From assembly GCF_001194135.2 (NCBI RefSeq), contig NC_068981.1, forward strand, positions 132,002,502 through 132,040,692: 38,191 nucleotides of DNA, read 5' to 3'. Positions 1-11,600 of the stretch are shown in pieces (the stretch's first letter is position 1; every line of letters starts with the position of its first letter). The notes under the pieces are model-generated. The model was not told the origin of the DNA, did not search any database, and saw only the letters and a list, made by a program, of their open reading frames with translations. The stretch comes from Octopus bimaculoides (taxonomy: Eukaryota). A program made the position numbers and the translations under genes.

Positions 1-2303
1 ATATATATATATATTTATATATGCACACACACACAATCACACATCAGTAGATAATACAATATGTAAAGAGAGGCAGTGGGAGAGAGAGAGAAAGTGAGGT
101 TACATTTATTAGTTTCGGCTGTTTTCCACTTCAACACCATATAACAAGATTGTAGGTTTGTTATTCAACTATTTTCCAATTTCAAAGTGTGTCTGAATTT
201 TTTTTTTTTTTTTTTCATGTATATACTTCAGTTGTCAGGGAAAATTACATGTATTAATGCAGTACTGTTTTAAGCTGTATTTTTTCCTACACTCACATAG
301 TTTAAATATACCTCAACCTTTCTAAGTACAGTTAGTAATTCAAAGATGTTGTTGCTGTTGTTGTGGTGGTGGTTTGGTCTGAGATTGGTTGTGATTGAAC
401 AGACCTATGGTCAAATATGCTCCAGTCATGACCCTCTTTTTTTTCTTTCCTGACATCATGTATCTAATATGTTCAATATATCTTCTTTTTTTAAGATGGT
501 AGGATCTGATTTAAGGGAGATTTAGCTATCATTTGTAGTTTATTATATAACAATGTAAAGGCTTCTTCACTGTCTCAAGTTGTTCTGAGCTGTTGTTGTT
601 TAATTCCATGTCAATTATGAGCAAACCTATGAGCAACCATATTCCAGTTGTATTTAGTGGATATGTTGTCTTATGGAGTCTTGATCTGTTCAAAGTGGCA
701 TGGGTTGGAGAATGCTCCAAGTTTGTGAAAACAATTTCTCTAATCCAAATGTCAGGATATGTCAATTTGTCTATTCTGTCATAACATATACTAAAAAGGA
801 TTTTTATCCAACTTTTATCTAGAACTGAATCAATATTCATGTATTCTATGCAGATATATTTATTGTGTGACTTCAGTTTTAGCTGACTGTATGTAAATCA
901 ATAATTGATTGTATCTGTAATATTCTCTTTTCAATTTTTCAAATTTATTAACTTATATTTTTTTGAAGTTTACTCAAAGCTTTACACAATTTTACTTATT
1001 TTTAATAAGCATATTATCTAGTCGAGTGTAGGACCAGTTTTGATTAGCATGTTGTTTAGTTGAGTGTAGAGTTTTGTCCTAAGAGGTTCTATCCAGACCC
1101 TTTTCTAGTCAACTGCTGTAGACTTATTTCTGCTTTTATACTCACCTTTCAATAGAGCACCTCTATTGTAAAGAAAGACATACGAGCATGGGCTAGAAAA
1201 TTCTGACGTTTTCATTCAGTTAGAGCAAGTTTCAAGTTTGGAAACAAGATAATTAACCATAAAGAAAAACCTTCAGCTTGTAACATTCACATTACACCTT
1301 AATATTAACTATTAAAAGTCCACTTGGATTAACTTTGTCTTTCATCAGGTGAATTCAGTCTTAAACCACAAAACTCATGTAACTACATGTTCAATGGTCC
1401 AAATGCTTAGACATATACAACATCACAGTATCAGTTAATTAATTCATTCATTTAACATCCATTTCCCTATGCCTGCATGGGTTAAATAGGGACTTATTTC
1501 AGGTAGGATTTTATGGTCAGATGCTCCTCAGTTGCTAATCCTTCCTTGTTTTTCAAGTTAGGAATTTCTTTGTCATGAGGTCGTTGAAAGTGCTGAACAA
1601 CTGATCATAAGGGCAACAAGGAATGTAAGCATTATTGTTTCATGTGAACATATGCATACATGCACGCACGTGCACACACACACACACACATGCATGTGCA
1701 TACCTACAAATACATATGCAGTTTGGCCAACTCTTAATCCTAGTAATCAAAGCTGCTTTGCCTGAACAGACTCCAATTTCATTTTTCTCATTTGCAGTCA
1801 CTGCAAAACCTTATGATACACTAATACAAGATGAGTAAAAACCCATTTGCCAAATTGTGTCTATTCAGTTAAACATTCTATGACGTGTGTTTGGTCTCAG
1901 ATATGAATAGAGTCAGGCATATTAATATGTTTACCCAAGAGATGTTTTCAAACAGTTGATTAATCATATTTATATATTGATTCATGCAGTTTATTTTAGA
2001 AAGCAATTTTCAAAATAAATGTAGAAAGTCTCTATCATTAAGAATCTAGATTATTAAGTATAGTTCTAAATATAGTTTATGCAAATATTTATAATTGCAG
2101 AACTAATTGGAAGAAAATGTTGAAATATTAAGTACAAGACTAAATGTTAATCCACAAATGTAGGTTATAAATTTACTGGATGAGAAATAATAGGATAGGG
2201 AAATTAATACAGTTAATATCACATAAGGATGTATTATAAATATATTGCCAGGAAGAGTATTTAAGAGTGATCCAATTTGTATATTTTATGTTTCTGTGGG
2301 CTC

Positions 2304-2304
<1 letters not shown>

Positions 2305-2345
<41 letters not shown>

Positions 2346-2660
2346 TATCATCATTTAATGTCTGTTTTCCATGCTGGCATGAGTTGGACGATTTGACTGG
2401 GGTCTAGCAAGCCAGGAGGCTGCACCAGGCTCCAATCTGATCTGGCAATGTTTCTACAGCTGGATGCCCTTCCTAATGCCAATCACTCCGAGAGTATAGT
2501 GGGTGCTTTTAATGTGCTACCGGCACAGGAGTCAGGCGGGGCAAGGGGGCAAGGGGGCTGGCATTGACCACATTCAGATGGTGCTTTTTATGTGAGCCAG
2601 TCAGGCAGCACTGGCATCGGCCCACGTTCAGATGGTGTTTTTTATGTGCCACCACTAACA
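2305..2660 (-). mobile_element. 3' part of a (GAT)n-tailed SINE/LINE-tail repeat
   Basis: (CAT)n run followed by a body that is the reverse complement of the copy at about 26295-26550 (shared ctacagctggatgcccttcctaat core). Confidence 0.75.
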
Positions 2661-3188
2661 TTTACTGAGCTGAAGCTATTATAATGATGTTGGAGGAGAC
2701 ATCAAAAATATAGCTCATTGAAGAATCATGTGAATGTCAACTAATCTATTTCTGTAACAGAACTGTCACCCGTTCTACAAAACGATGAGATAATAGTAGT
2801 CCATTTGTTATCATTTCTTATGTGACCTTTAAAACATGCTGAATAGAAATAAACAACTCAAATTTTGGTTTTGTGAAGATAAAATATTTTTAAGCAGAAA
2901 GAAAAGTTGAATAACTGGAACGATTGCATAGCGTTTTTTTTTTTTTTTTTGTGCACCTTCCCCTAATTATGGACATTTTTATTAAACTTAGAAGAATTGA
3001 ATTGATTTATTCTGTTAAAAGCCATTCTAATACATAGAATTGAGAAACATGCAGTAGTTACTGGTGTACTATAATATCTGACCATAGGAACATTTAATAT
3101 GACCTGCATCATGCATTTGCTATGCTCTAATCTAACTTAAGACTGTCATACATTTGTTAGTGACTTATGTTAAGTGTTCCATCTTTAA

Positions 3189-3464
3189 CCCATTACCTAC
3201 CAGTTATCTCATATGAGATCACTTAAAAATTACAAGTTTCGTAATTATCTGTCAATATTTACACATATCTAACCTTTTTGCTATATCTACTAGTATACTT
3301 CTCTGATATTCAAATGAGGTTTGCTCACTTTTCACTCAATATCTCGCTTATTTCTATTTAAAATGTTATTTTGATCATTCCAGCTTGTTTCTAAAGCTGT
3401 TTTATGCTAGAAATCAAAGTTTCATAAAAAAATTCCAGTTAATAGAATTATGGGAGGTAATGGG
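3189..3464. mobile_element. piggyBac-type MITE, 276 bp
   Basis: Terminal inverted repeats CCCATTACCTACCA / TGGGAGGTAATGGG (13/14 match) with TTAA on both sides (3185-3188 and 3465-3468). Confidence 0.85.
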
Positions 3465-3935
3465 TTAAACTTGCCATAGTAGCATGGCCATCCCAATTTC
3501 ATTATTTCAGAATTGACTTCTGCAATATATTTGTTCCCTTTTTCAAGATGGCAAAAATTAGGCTGATAAAAATTTAGCAGTTACTTCTAACAGGTAGGGT
3601 CACAGCTTAGAGATTTCTCATTGGCCTAATTGTTAAGCTTACTATGATAGCTAGGAGGAGAACAATCTAAAATATGTGGGTGAGTTGGATATTATATAAA
3701 AGAATATTTTTTTTTAACTTAATGATTTTAGTTTTCATCTTAAGATCAGGGTTTGCATTCATAATTTTGGAGTGGTGAAGGGTTAAAGTTCTAGGCTTTG
3801 AACCTGCATATAAATTTGTAACCTTAATTATTCAGCCAGTTTTGTTCATGTCACAATAAATAGCTAATTTTCACTATATAACATGAACAATACTGTAGAC
3901 ATCTTGTAACATTAGTTTGAGCCAAATAATTGTTA

Positions 3936-4260
3936 TTATAAGTTAGTCATAAAATTGATGAGTAGTGTCTGTCTATGATCTTTGCAGACCCTATGGCAGC
4001 TGGTGAGCTTGATGCAGTTGATTTTTAGATCAATGAATATGTGAATGAGGAAGGAATTACTGAGGATTGCATTCCTGGGGAGGGAAAAGTAGAAGTAAAT
4101 TAGAGTGCAGTTTGGGGGGATAGGATTAAAAAAAGTCTTTAGTGTAATATCTGGGATATGAGACTCAATGAAGGTGTTGGAAGAAGATAGATGTAATGGG
4201 AAAGGTGTAGCAAATGATGTTGAGGTAGCAGATGAAGTAGGCATGTGGACGACATCAAAA
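3936..4260 (-). mobile_element. Possible degenerate LINE C-terminal fragment
   Basis: Minus-strand translation loosely resembles the end of CR1/Jockey-type ORF2. Similarity is weak and judged by eye. Confidence 0.3.
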
Positions 4261-5504
4261 TAAAACAAGGGAAAGCATCAGATTGTGGTTTAAATAATTT
4301 ATTTAAACGACACTTGCATTTACTTGATGTATACATAAAAAAATTCACTACATGACATTAGCAACTTACTTCGAGCTGGCGAAGAAAATAACAGGTGAAA
4401 TACTGTGCCAGTATGATGAGGTAGAACCAGGCATGTTTTATGTCTGTGTGTGCATTGATCATTCAGTGGTGTCTGTTTATGTTCTGCAACTGCTACTATG
4501 TTGGGTCGTTCATGCTGAATATGTGATTCTCTGTTGGCTGCTTAACTGGCAGAAGGCTGTCTCTTGACAGTTCGCCTGGTGATGGCTCTCTGCCTCTCTT
4601 GTGTGTCTGACTGTATTTTATAATGATCATGACAGCTAGAAGGACAGACATACCACAGAAGTAATTCCTACCTATGTAAGTCGCCTCCTGTCCACTTGAA
4701 CCTTAAATGACACAGCTCAGGTTGGAGGTTGGAGGGAAAACCATCCATCACTTTTTGACAGGACAAAGAAATTTCTTTCATGCCTGGTGGATCAGATGAG
4801 CGAGAATCCTTAGATTCGGTTTTGAATCTCAGCTTGGAAAAAGGAAGTGTTAGTTTTTACATATGGTTGGAGAAGGTATGCTGCTAGTTATTTCACAAGA
4901 GCAAAGACTGTTGTAGTATTGATGGAAGAGGCAAAGAGAGAAAACCACATGACTTTGCAGTATATTGTTGAGTAAATTATCTCCCAATCAGCGAAATAGC
5001 ATTTTGGCTGCAGTCTAAGATATATGTATGCTGTGCAGCAGCACCCTTTCATTTGTGTGGACGGTGTTTTAATGTGTATCTCACTTGAAGAGACATCACT
5101 GAATCCTGTGGTAAACCAGAGTTGATAATGCGTACATCAGAGAGAGCTCTATTACATGCTGTAATGTTTGTAGACTGACATGGAGCTCTGATCCAGAAAA
5201 TAAAGATGAAGGTAAGCCATAATTAGGCAACTTACTAAGAGGTCCTCATGCCAACATGATTGAAAACTTTACTGATGAGAAGTGCAATGACATTGCTTTT
5301 ACTGAAATTCCTCGGAGCGAGAAACCACATATGGAACATACTGATAATTCCAATCTTGGACTTAATTTAAGTTACCATTACCATCGCTCTCTGAGATAGT
5401 ATATTTTCAATGATTGAAATTTTTTTCCTGAAGTTATGTATTAAATGATTTACTGATTATTTGTTGTTTTATGTTTAAAAAGTTCCTTTACTTGATTTCA
5501 GAAC

Positions 5505-5644
5505 ATGGCTGGAGAGAATGTTAAATTTTTGTACACGGTTAATAATAACCAGTTACTGACTTCACAACAACGTTTTTTCTATGACGTTAATGGTTTTCTT
5601 GTGATAAAGAATCTGGTATCTAAGGAAAATATTTCACAGTATCT
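5505..5644 (+). CDS. PHYH: PHYH first visible coding exon ([46 protein letters not shown])
   Basis: Acceptor tttcag ends at 5501, ATG at 5505, donor gtgagt at 5645 (phase 2). Resembles human [28 protein letters not shown] as recalled. The start codon is less certain than the exon because an upstream exon could exist. Confidence 0.88.
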
Positions 5645-8600
5645 GTGAGTTACCATTTCATTTGTTACTATGTATTGTGCTGTTAACCTGGTATTTCAAG
5701 GAATTATTTTGGCAACAAAAGAAAGTGTGTGTGTGTCTGTGCACATTATGTGTGTGCGAGGACAAATCTTTTGAAGCAACTTTCATAACGTATTGTGTTT
5801 TAAAATGATAAAGACAAATTATTTTATAAATGAAATATATATTCAATTTATTTTCAAGACATGATTATCACCATTATCATTTTAACATCCACTTTTCCGT
5901 GCTTGCATGGATCAGATGGAATTCATTGAAGTAGATTTTCTATAGCCAGATGCCCTTCATGTCATCAACCTACAATTCTTTCTGAGTAAGGTGATATTTC
6001 CCCATGAACAGACATATTTTCATGGAAGATTGGAAATGAATAACACTGCTCACACAACATTCAGTTACAATTATCATGTGATGTCAAATCAAGGAGTCAC
6101 ACACATATACACTATACATTGTTGAGCATAATATTATGATCAGAATGTTACTGTTGGTTTCACACTGACTATTGCACTAGGCAATATTGATAACTCTTCA
6201 GACATACTGGCTGGAAGCAAATACTGCATTTTATGTTGGGGTATATAGAGACACTGGGTGGCTCAGTGTTGGTAAGAAGAAAAGGAACAAACCATAGTGA
6301 AGGAATTATAACATTTTCTGAGATGAAAAGAATAGCTATTTGCCATGGATTGATGTTAGCCTGTAAGTTGTGTGTATGTACACACACACACGTACGCACA
6401 CACATGCACACACACACACACACACACACACATCCTTCTCTTGTCCAAAAACAAACATGACCTTGTTGCCAAAATGAATTTCCACTCATATCAAATATCT
6501 GAATATTTTCCTCTTTGAGTTCATGAAAGCACCAGGGTTGTCTGAATTTTTTTTCATTCATTCATTTTTTTTTTTTTTTTTTTTGATTTATATATTGACA
6601 ATTTCTGAAATATTTTCTATTTTCTAAAGTAATTTCTGAACATGGTCGGTGCAGGCACTGCTGTGTGGTTTAAGAAGTTTGCTTCCTGAGCACATGGTTT
6701 GGGTTCTATCGACACAAACTTCAAAAAAATTCCCTTATGTATGTGTTTGTTTGTGCCTCCTTGTTTTGTCATCGCACAATTGTTGTAAATGAATGTCACT
6801 CATTTCCAGTAGTGTGCAAAAGCATGTCTGGCCATGAGGAAATATTATCTTGCTTTGAAGCAGGTAAGAGTTGGCCACAGGAAGAGAGTCCAACCGTAGA
6901 AAATTTGCCTCCGAAATTCCTCTTCCCACCCCCTCAGAATAATTCTTCCCCATAAATCCCTATATACTCTGAATTCATAGCTTCTAAGCAGTATTTATTT
7001 ATAGCTTCTAAGCAGTATTTGTTAATAGCTTCCAAGCAGTATTTGTTAATAACTGCTTAGCAGTATTTGTTAATAGCTTCTAAGCAGTATTTGTTAAAAA
7101 TTTTGTTAAAAAGTATCCATTTTTCTGGAAGTTATGAAACAATGAAGTCGATGAGGTACACATCTGTAGTTGTGCCAACTAGACTATCCAGTGTTCACAA
7201 TAAAGGGCAAAAACTCCAGATTTTGCAGCTTAAATTTGTCTTGCCTTTATAAAGTCTCTTTTGAGTTAAAGTCATCTTTGGGTGTGTGGGTTGGAGTGGG
7301 TTGTAATTAAGGTTGTATAGCTGGTTGTTATGGAAAGGAAAGGTATTTTGGAAAAATTCTAATTCATTAAATTTGGGGTTATATTACTGTTTAGAATTTA
7401 TTCATGCATGTAGAACTTTGTAAACTAGTGTATATATGTTACCCTTTTGTTAGGTAGACACAAAGTGTGACAGTATTTTTGTTTCTTTTGGTATTAAGCC
7501 TTTAGTAATTGTGTCAACTTTATTTTTCACAAAGGAATGTAGCCAGGTGGTAACTTTAGTCATTTCTTTACTTATATAAATTATTACTTATATTCATTTG
7601 TAAGGTATTCTTGTCATGACTTTGTTAGTATAGAAAGTTTTGTGTTTTGATGTTCACAAAAGTATGTTTCTTTCTAAGTGTTCATTGTTCTATAAGCAAT
7701 TTGATTAGTATACAAGGATTTTAAACTTCTTGTTTTATGGAGGTAGAGCTTATGTGGTGTTTGTTTATAAGATTTCTTCAAGGTCTGTTCTAGATATATT
7801 CTACAGTGGAGCAGATATAGAAGGTGTGTATATATTCATGTATAAAAATGGGAGCAAAAATATAATATAATTTAATTAAAAAAAAAGTTAAAAGAAAGAG
7901 TTCTTTTGGTTTGCTTGCATACAAATATATATTTTATGTGTGTGTATGTAGTTTTGTGTAGTTATATTAGAAAATCTTTTGTGGGGATTTTGGTTGGAGA
8001 TAGAGAGACTTTTAGATAATTTCTAGAGTATTTGTTTGGTGTAAAAGTGTGAAGTTGTAGGAGTATTTTTTATTTTATTTTATGGTGATGGTTTATGGTG
8101 TTGGAGGATGGAGGGGAATTTGTGAGATATTAACAAGTTTAACTGTTGGGAAAGATTATTGGTTTGAAGTGTTTTAATCTTTTTAAGATTTTGTGCCTGC
8201 ATAAAGACACTAGTTTGGAGTTTCAGTTTGGGATTTGTTCCATGAATGTTAGAATGTGGTAGGATTCATTTGTACAAAGTTGGCAGGGTTTGTTATTCCC
8301 TTGGTATAGTTGTGTGTGTGAAAGTATTTTTTACTTGATGCTAAATAGTGTATTTTTTTTTCTTTTAATTGCCATATATGTTTGGACTGTGAAGTATCAT
8401 TTTTCCTGTTTGAGTTGCACAAAGTTGTTTGTGCCATGTCTTCAACTGGTTTGCTGTAGATCCTATGTATGTAGATATAGTAGTTGGTGCCATGTTTGTG
8501 GTTATCATTACGCTATATACGATATTTCTTGAGATACAGTTTCCTTCCAGAAAGCAGGATGAAGGTGTATTACAATTGCAATTATTATTGTGTATGTGGT

Positions 8601-11600
8601 TTAGGTTTTCAATTTTAGATAGTTTTTGGTGGTTGTACGTTTTTCTCAAAGTGCTTAGTAATGGAATATTTCAATTTTACATTGTTTATTAGTTTGTAAT
8701 ACTTGTGATTGGGATGAACGTGTTTCTGCATTATTTTCACAAATAATTTAGCTACTGATGTGGAGACTTGAATGTTGAAGGGAGATTATACCAGATAATT
8801 TTCCTTTTTCTATTCTTACGTATTTTATTTATTGTGGGAAAATTGCTGTTTATATATTGCACTTTTTCCTTGTAACTGCTATTATTGAGAGCTTTGTGAT
8901 ATGGAGTTGCTATTTCGTTTAGTATTTTTTCTTTTGAAGACAAAGCTGAAAGTCTGAGAGATATGGATTTTATTAGGTTTTTGATGATGCTTTTGGGGTG
9001 ATTGGATTGTTTAAGTATATACTGAATTTTTCATTATCTTTCTTACATGGTTTATAGATACTTGATTCCAGGTCGAGGATAACATCTAGGAAATTGACTG
9101 ACTTCAGCTGTGTTTCTACTGTGATTGAGAAGCTCAAGTTTTTGAAGTGATGTAGATCCTTGCTAAATTTGATGTTTTTTTTTTTTTTGTGGATTGTATT
9201 TTCTTAGTAGAAGTAGATGGATGGAAATTTGTTTATGAATTTTTCTACTATGTAAAGACCCATGATGTCTCTTGTTTCTGTTAAGTCCTTTGATCCCATG
9301 CTTACATCAAATGGTTCTTTAGTGTTTTTCTTAATCCAGAAAGCATTGTTGTGGAAGAGGAGCAATTTTCTTGTTCGCAGTATTGTTTCTATTGTGGTGT
9401 TGTTTATTGTGGTTATAGTTTTAGCAAAGTTCAAAGTAGCTATAAGAATAGGTTTTGTTATTGATGCATAATAGTCTTTCATGTCAAACTAGAAGAAATG
9501 TACATACATACATACATACATGCATACATACATGCATGCATGCATCCATGCATACATACATGCATGCATACATACATACATACATACATAATACATACAT
9601 GCATGCATACATACATACATACATACATGCATACATACATACATACATACATACATGTACATTGCCTCTTAAGAAAATATTACTTTCTTTTGCTTTGGAT
9701 CAGCCAATACCTTGTGAGAGTGAAACTGGGAAGATGGAAACTGTATAGAAGCCTGTCAAATACACTGTATTTGTATTTCAAATGTATGGCCTTCTGCACA
9801 TACATTTACATTGCCTCTTAAGAAAATATTACTTTCTTTTGCTTTGGATCAGACAATACCTTGTGAGAATGAAACTGGGAAGATGGAAACTGTATAGAAA
9901 CCTGTCAAATACACTGTATTTGTATTTCAAATGTATGGCCTTCTGCACAGTTTTAATCTAGTTGAATCATGAGGCATTGATCAACATGAAATAATAGTAG
10001 ACATGTAGCAAAGATGCTGCATAGTAGGGATTAAAAAAACCCCAAAACCTCATGGTTTCTTAACCATGCAATTATACTTAGTAGATTTATCAAAATATAA
10101 TTCCAATTATATATTTTTTGTGCATAAATTGTTATTATTGTTACATTCTTTTTCTTCTATAGAGAAAGATTCAAGCAGTTGTGTACTGGAGAAGCTCCTA
10201 CACATGGTATGGACATTATGAAAGATATTGCTGCTGACAGATCAGAATATGTTCCTGAGAAGAAAGCTATTGCAAAACTACAAGGTTTCCAAGACGATGA
10301 AGTCTTATTTCAATATTGCTGCCTGCCAGAGGTATTTCTAATGGATTAAAGTACATTGTATAGTGTGTACATAACACTGAAATAGAGTCCATTATACTGC
10401 TATACATTATATGAATGACTTCTAAACATTGAAAAGGTTTTCAGGGCTCAAGCTTAGCTTCAGTTTTATGGCTTTTAGTATATGAAATATAGTTTCCCTT
10501 GGATAGAATGCTGATCTATAGCATGTAACATTTGCAGATGATCCACCACTTGTTCTCAACAGTTAGGTAAATTGAAGTAATGTAGAATAAAATTTTCAGT
10601 TCAAGAACACAATAAAACACTTACATTAGATTTTAATTCATGATATATGAGTTTGCCAGTTCACTTATATATAGAACAGTATAATACATGAGCCAATGAG
10701 AAAGCCTCCAAGTGATTGCATGATGCAAAAAATATCTACCAAATCTCTCTCAACACCATCTTAATGAAAGAGCATAAAGGGTAGTGTAATCCTGTTTTCC
10801 CCTAGAAATACAGGATGGTCATTGTATGAATGCTTATGAATGCTTATCATCATAGGTCTGCTTACTAAAGGCTGACCTGGGGATAAGCAGTGACAACATA
10901 ATATACAATACTGTATACTATATGACAAAGAGTTACTGTTCCTATCAGAGATGTTTGTTGATTCGTAGTACACCATACAGTACAGAGTACCACAATACAC
11001 TGTAGTACAGTTCAGTACACTGCAGTGCATTATTGTACAGTACAGTATTTTGTTATTGATGATCAAGAGGTTAAATATCAGTAGTCAATATGGCATGTAC
11101 ATGTAGAGTACATGACTAGCTGTTGTAGTGTATTACAACAGATAGCAGTATACCTTATATGCACATGACATATTGAACCAAGGCAGTGTTTATGAGATGA
11201 GGAAATATGATAACCCTGTGAGAGGGCTAACAAAAGAGGGGTACTGTTGTGCAGTAAAGGCAGTGGAAGTTGGTGCACTAGGACTTGTTGTAGTGTCCAT
11301 ATGCCAACTACTAGGTCAGCTCAGAATCAAGGGTCACAAAAGAATAGCAACAATGAAACACCTGTCAGAGACAACTGAAAAGAGCTCAATGTGGCTATGA
11401 GCAAAAAGAAATGATATTTGAAGCTGATAAGGAATAAAGAAAGCCACTAAGCATAGGAGGAAGGAAACCCAGTTTGAAACAGTGCAAGTCTTTGTGGCTG
11501 AGTGATAAGATCATCCAAATGTTATGTGTTCAATCTCCACTAAAGCTGGCATTTAAATAATAGTAAGAGGACATCTAGGAGCCACTACCTAGGTGGGCCC

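Noticed and set aside
529-840. 103-aa minus-strand ORF
   Set aside because: No recognisable domain or splice context; possibly an old LINE remnant.
5174-5211. Possible 38-nt upstream PHYH exon with a strong GTAAGC donor
   Set aside because: Its open frame ends in phase 1, incompatible with the phase-0 entry at 5502. It has no PTS2 and lies in decayed repeat-like DNA; it cannot be supported without transcripts.
5266-5310. CTGATGA...hairpin...GAAA on the + strand resembling a hammerhead
   Set aside because: No stem III with a U-H cleavage site and no stem I partner; probably chance.
4350-5330. Relatively GC-rich stretch with a faint RTE-like peptide on the minus strand
   Set aside because: Similarity is too weak to assign by eye; probably an old repeat.
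6977-7096. Regular 24-bp repeats as a CRISPR array
   Set aside because: Units are contiguous with no spacers, and the context is eukaryotic.
9455-9821. HTYI-repeat ORFs, and similar HT/CV/YI ORFs near 1635, 6233, 20150 and 22245
   Set aside because: Translations of microsatellites.
10880-11050. Cys/Tyr-rich 101-aa ORF (10761-11066, minus)
   Set aside because: Produced by a degenerate (TACAG)n pentamer repeat.
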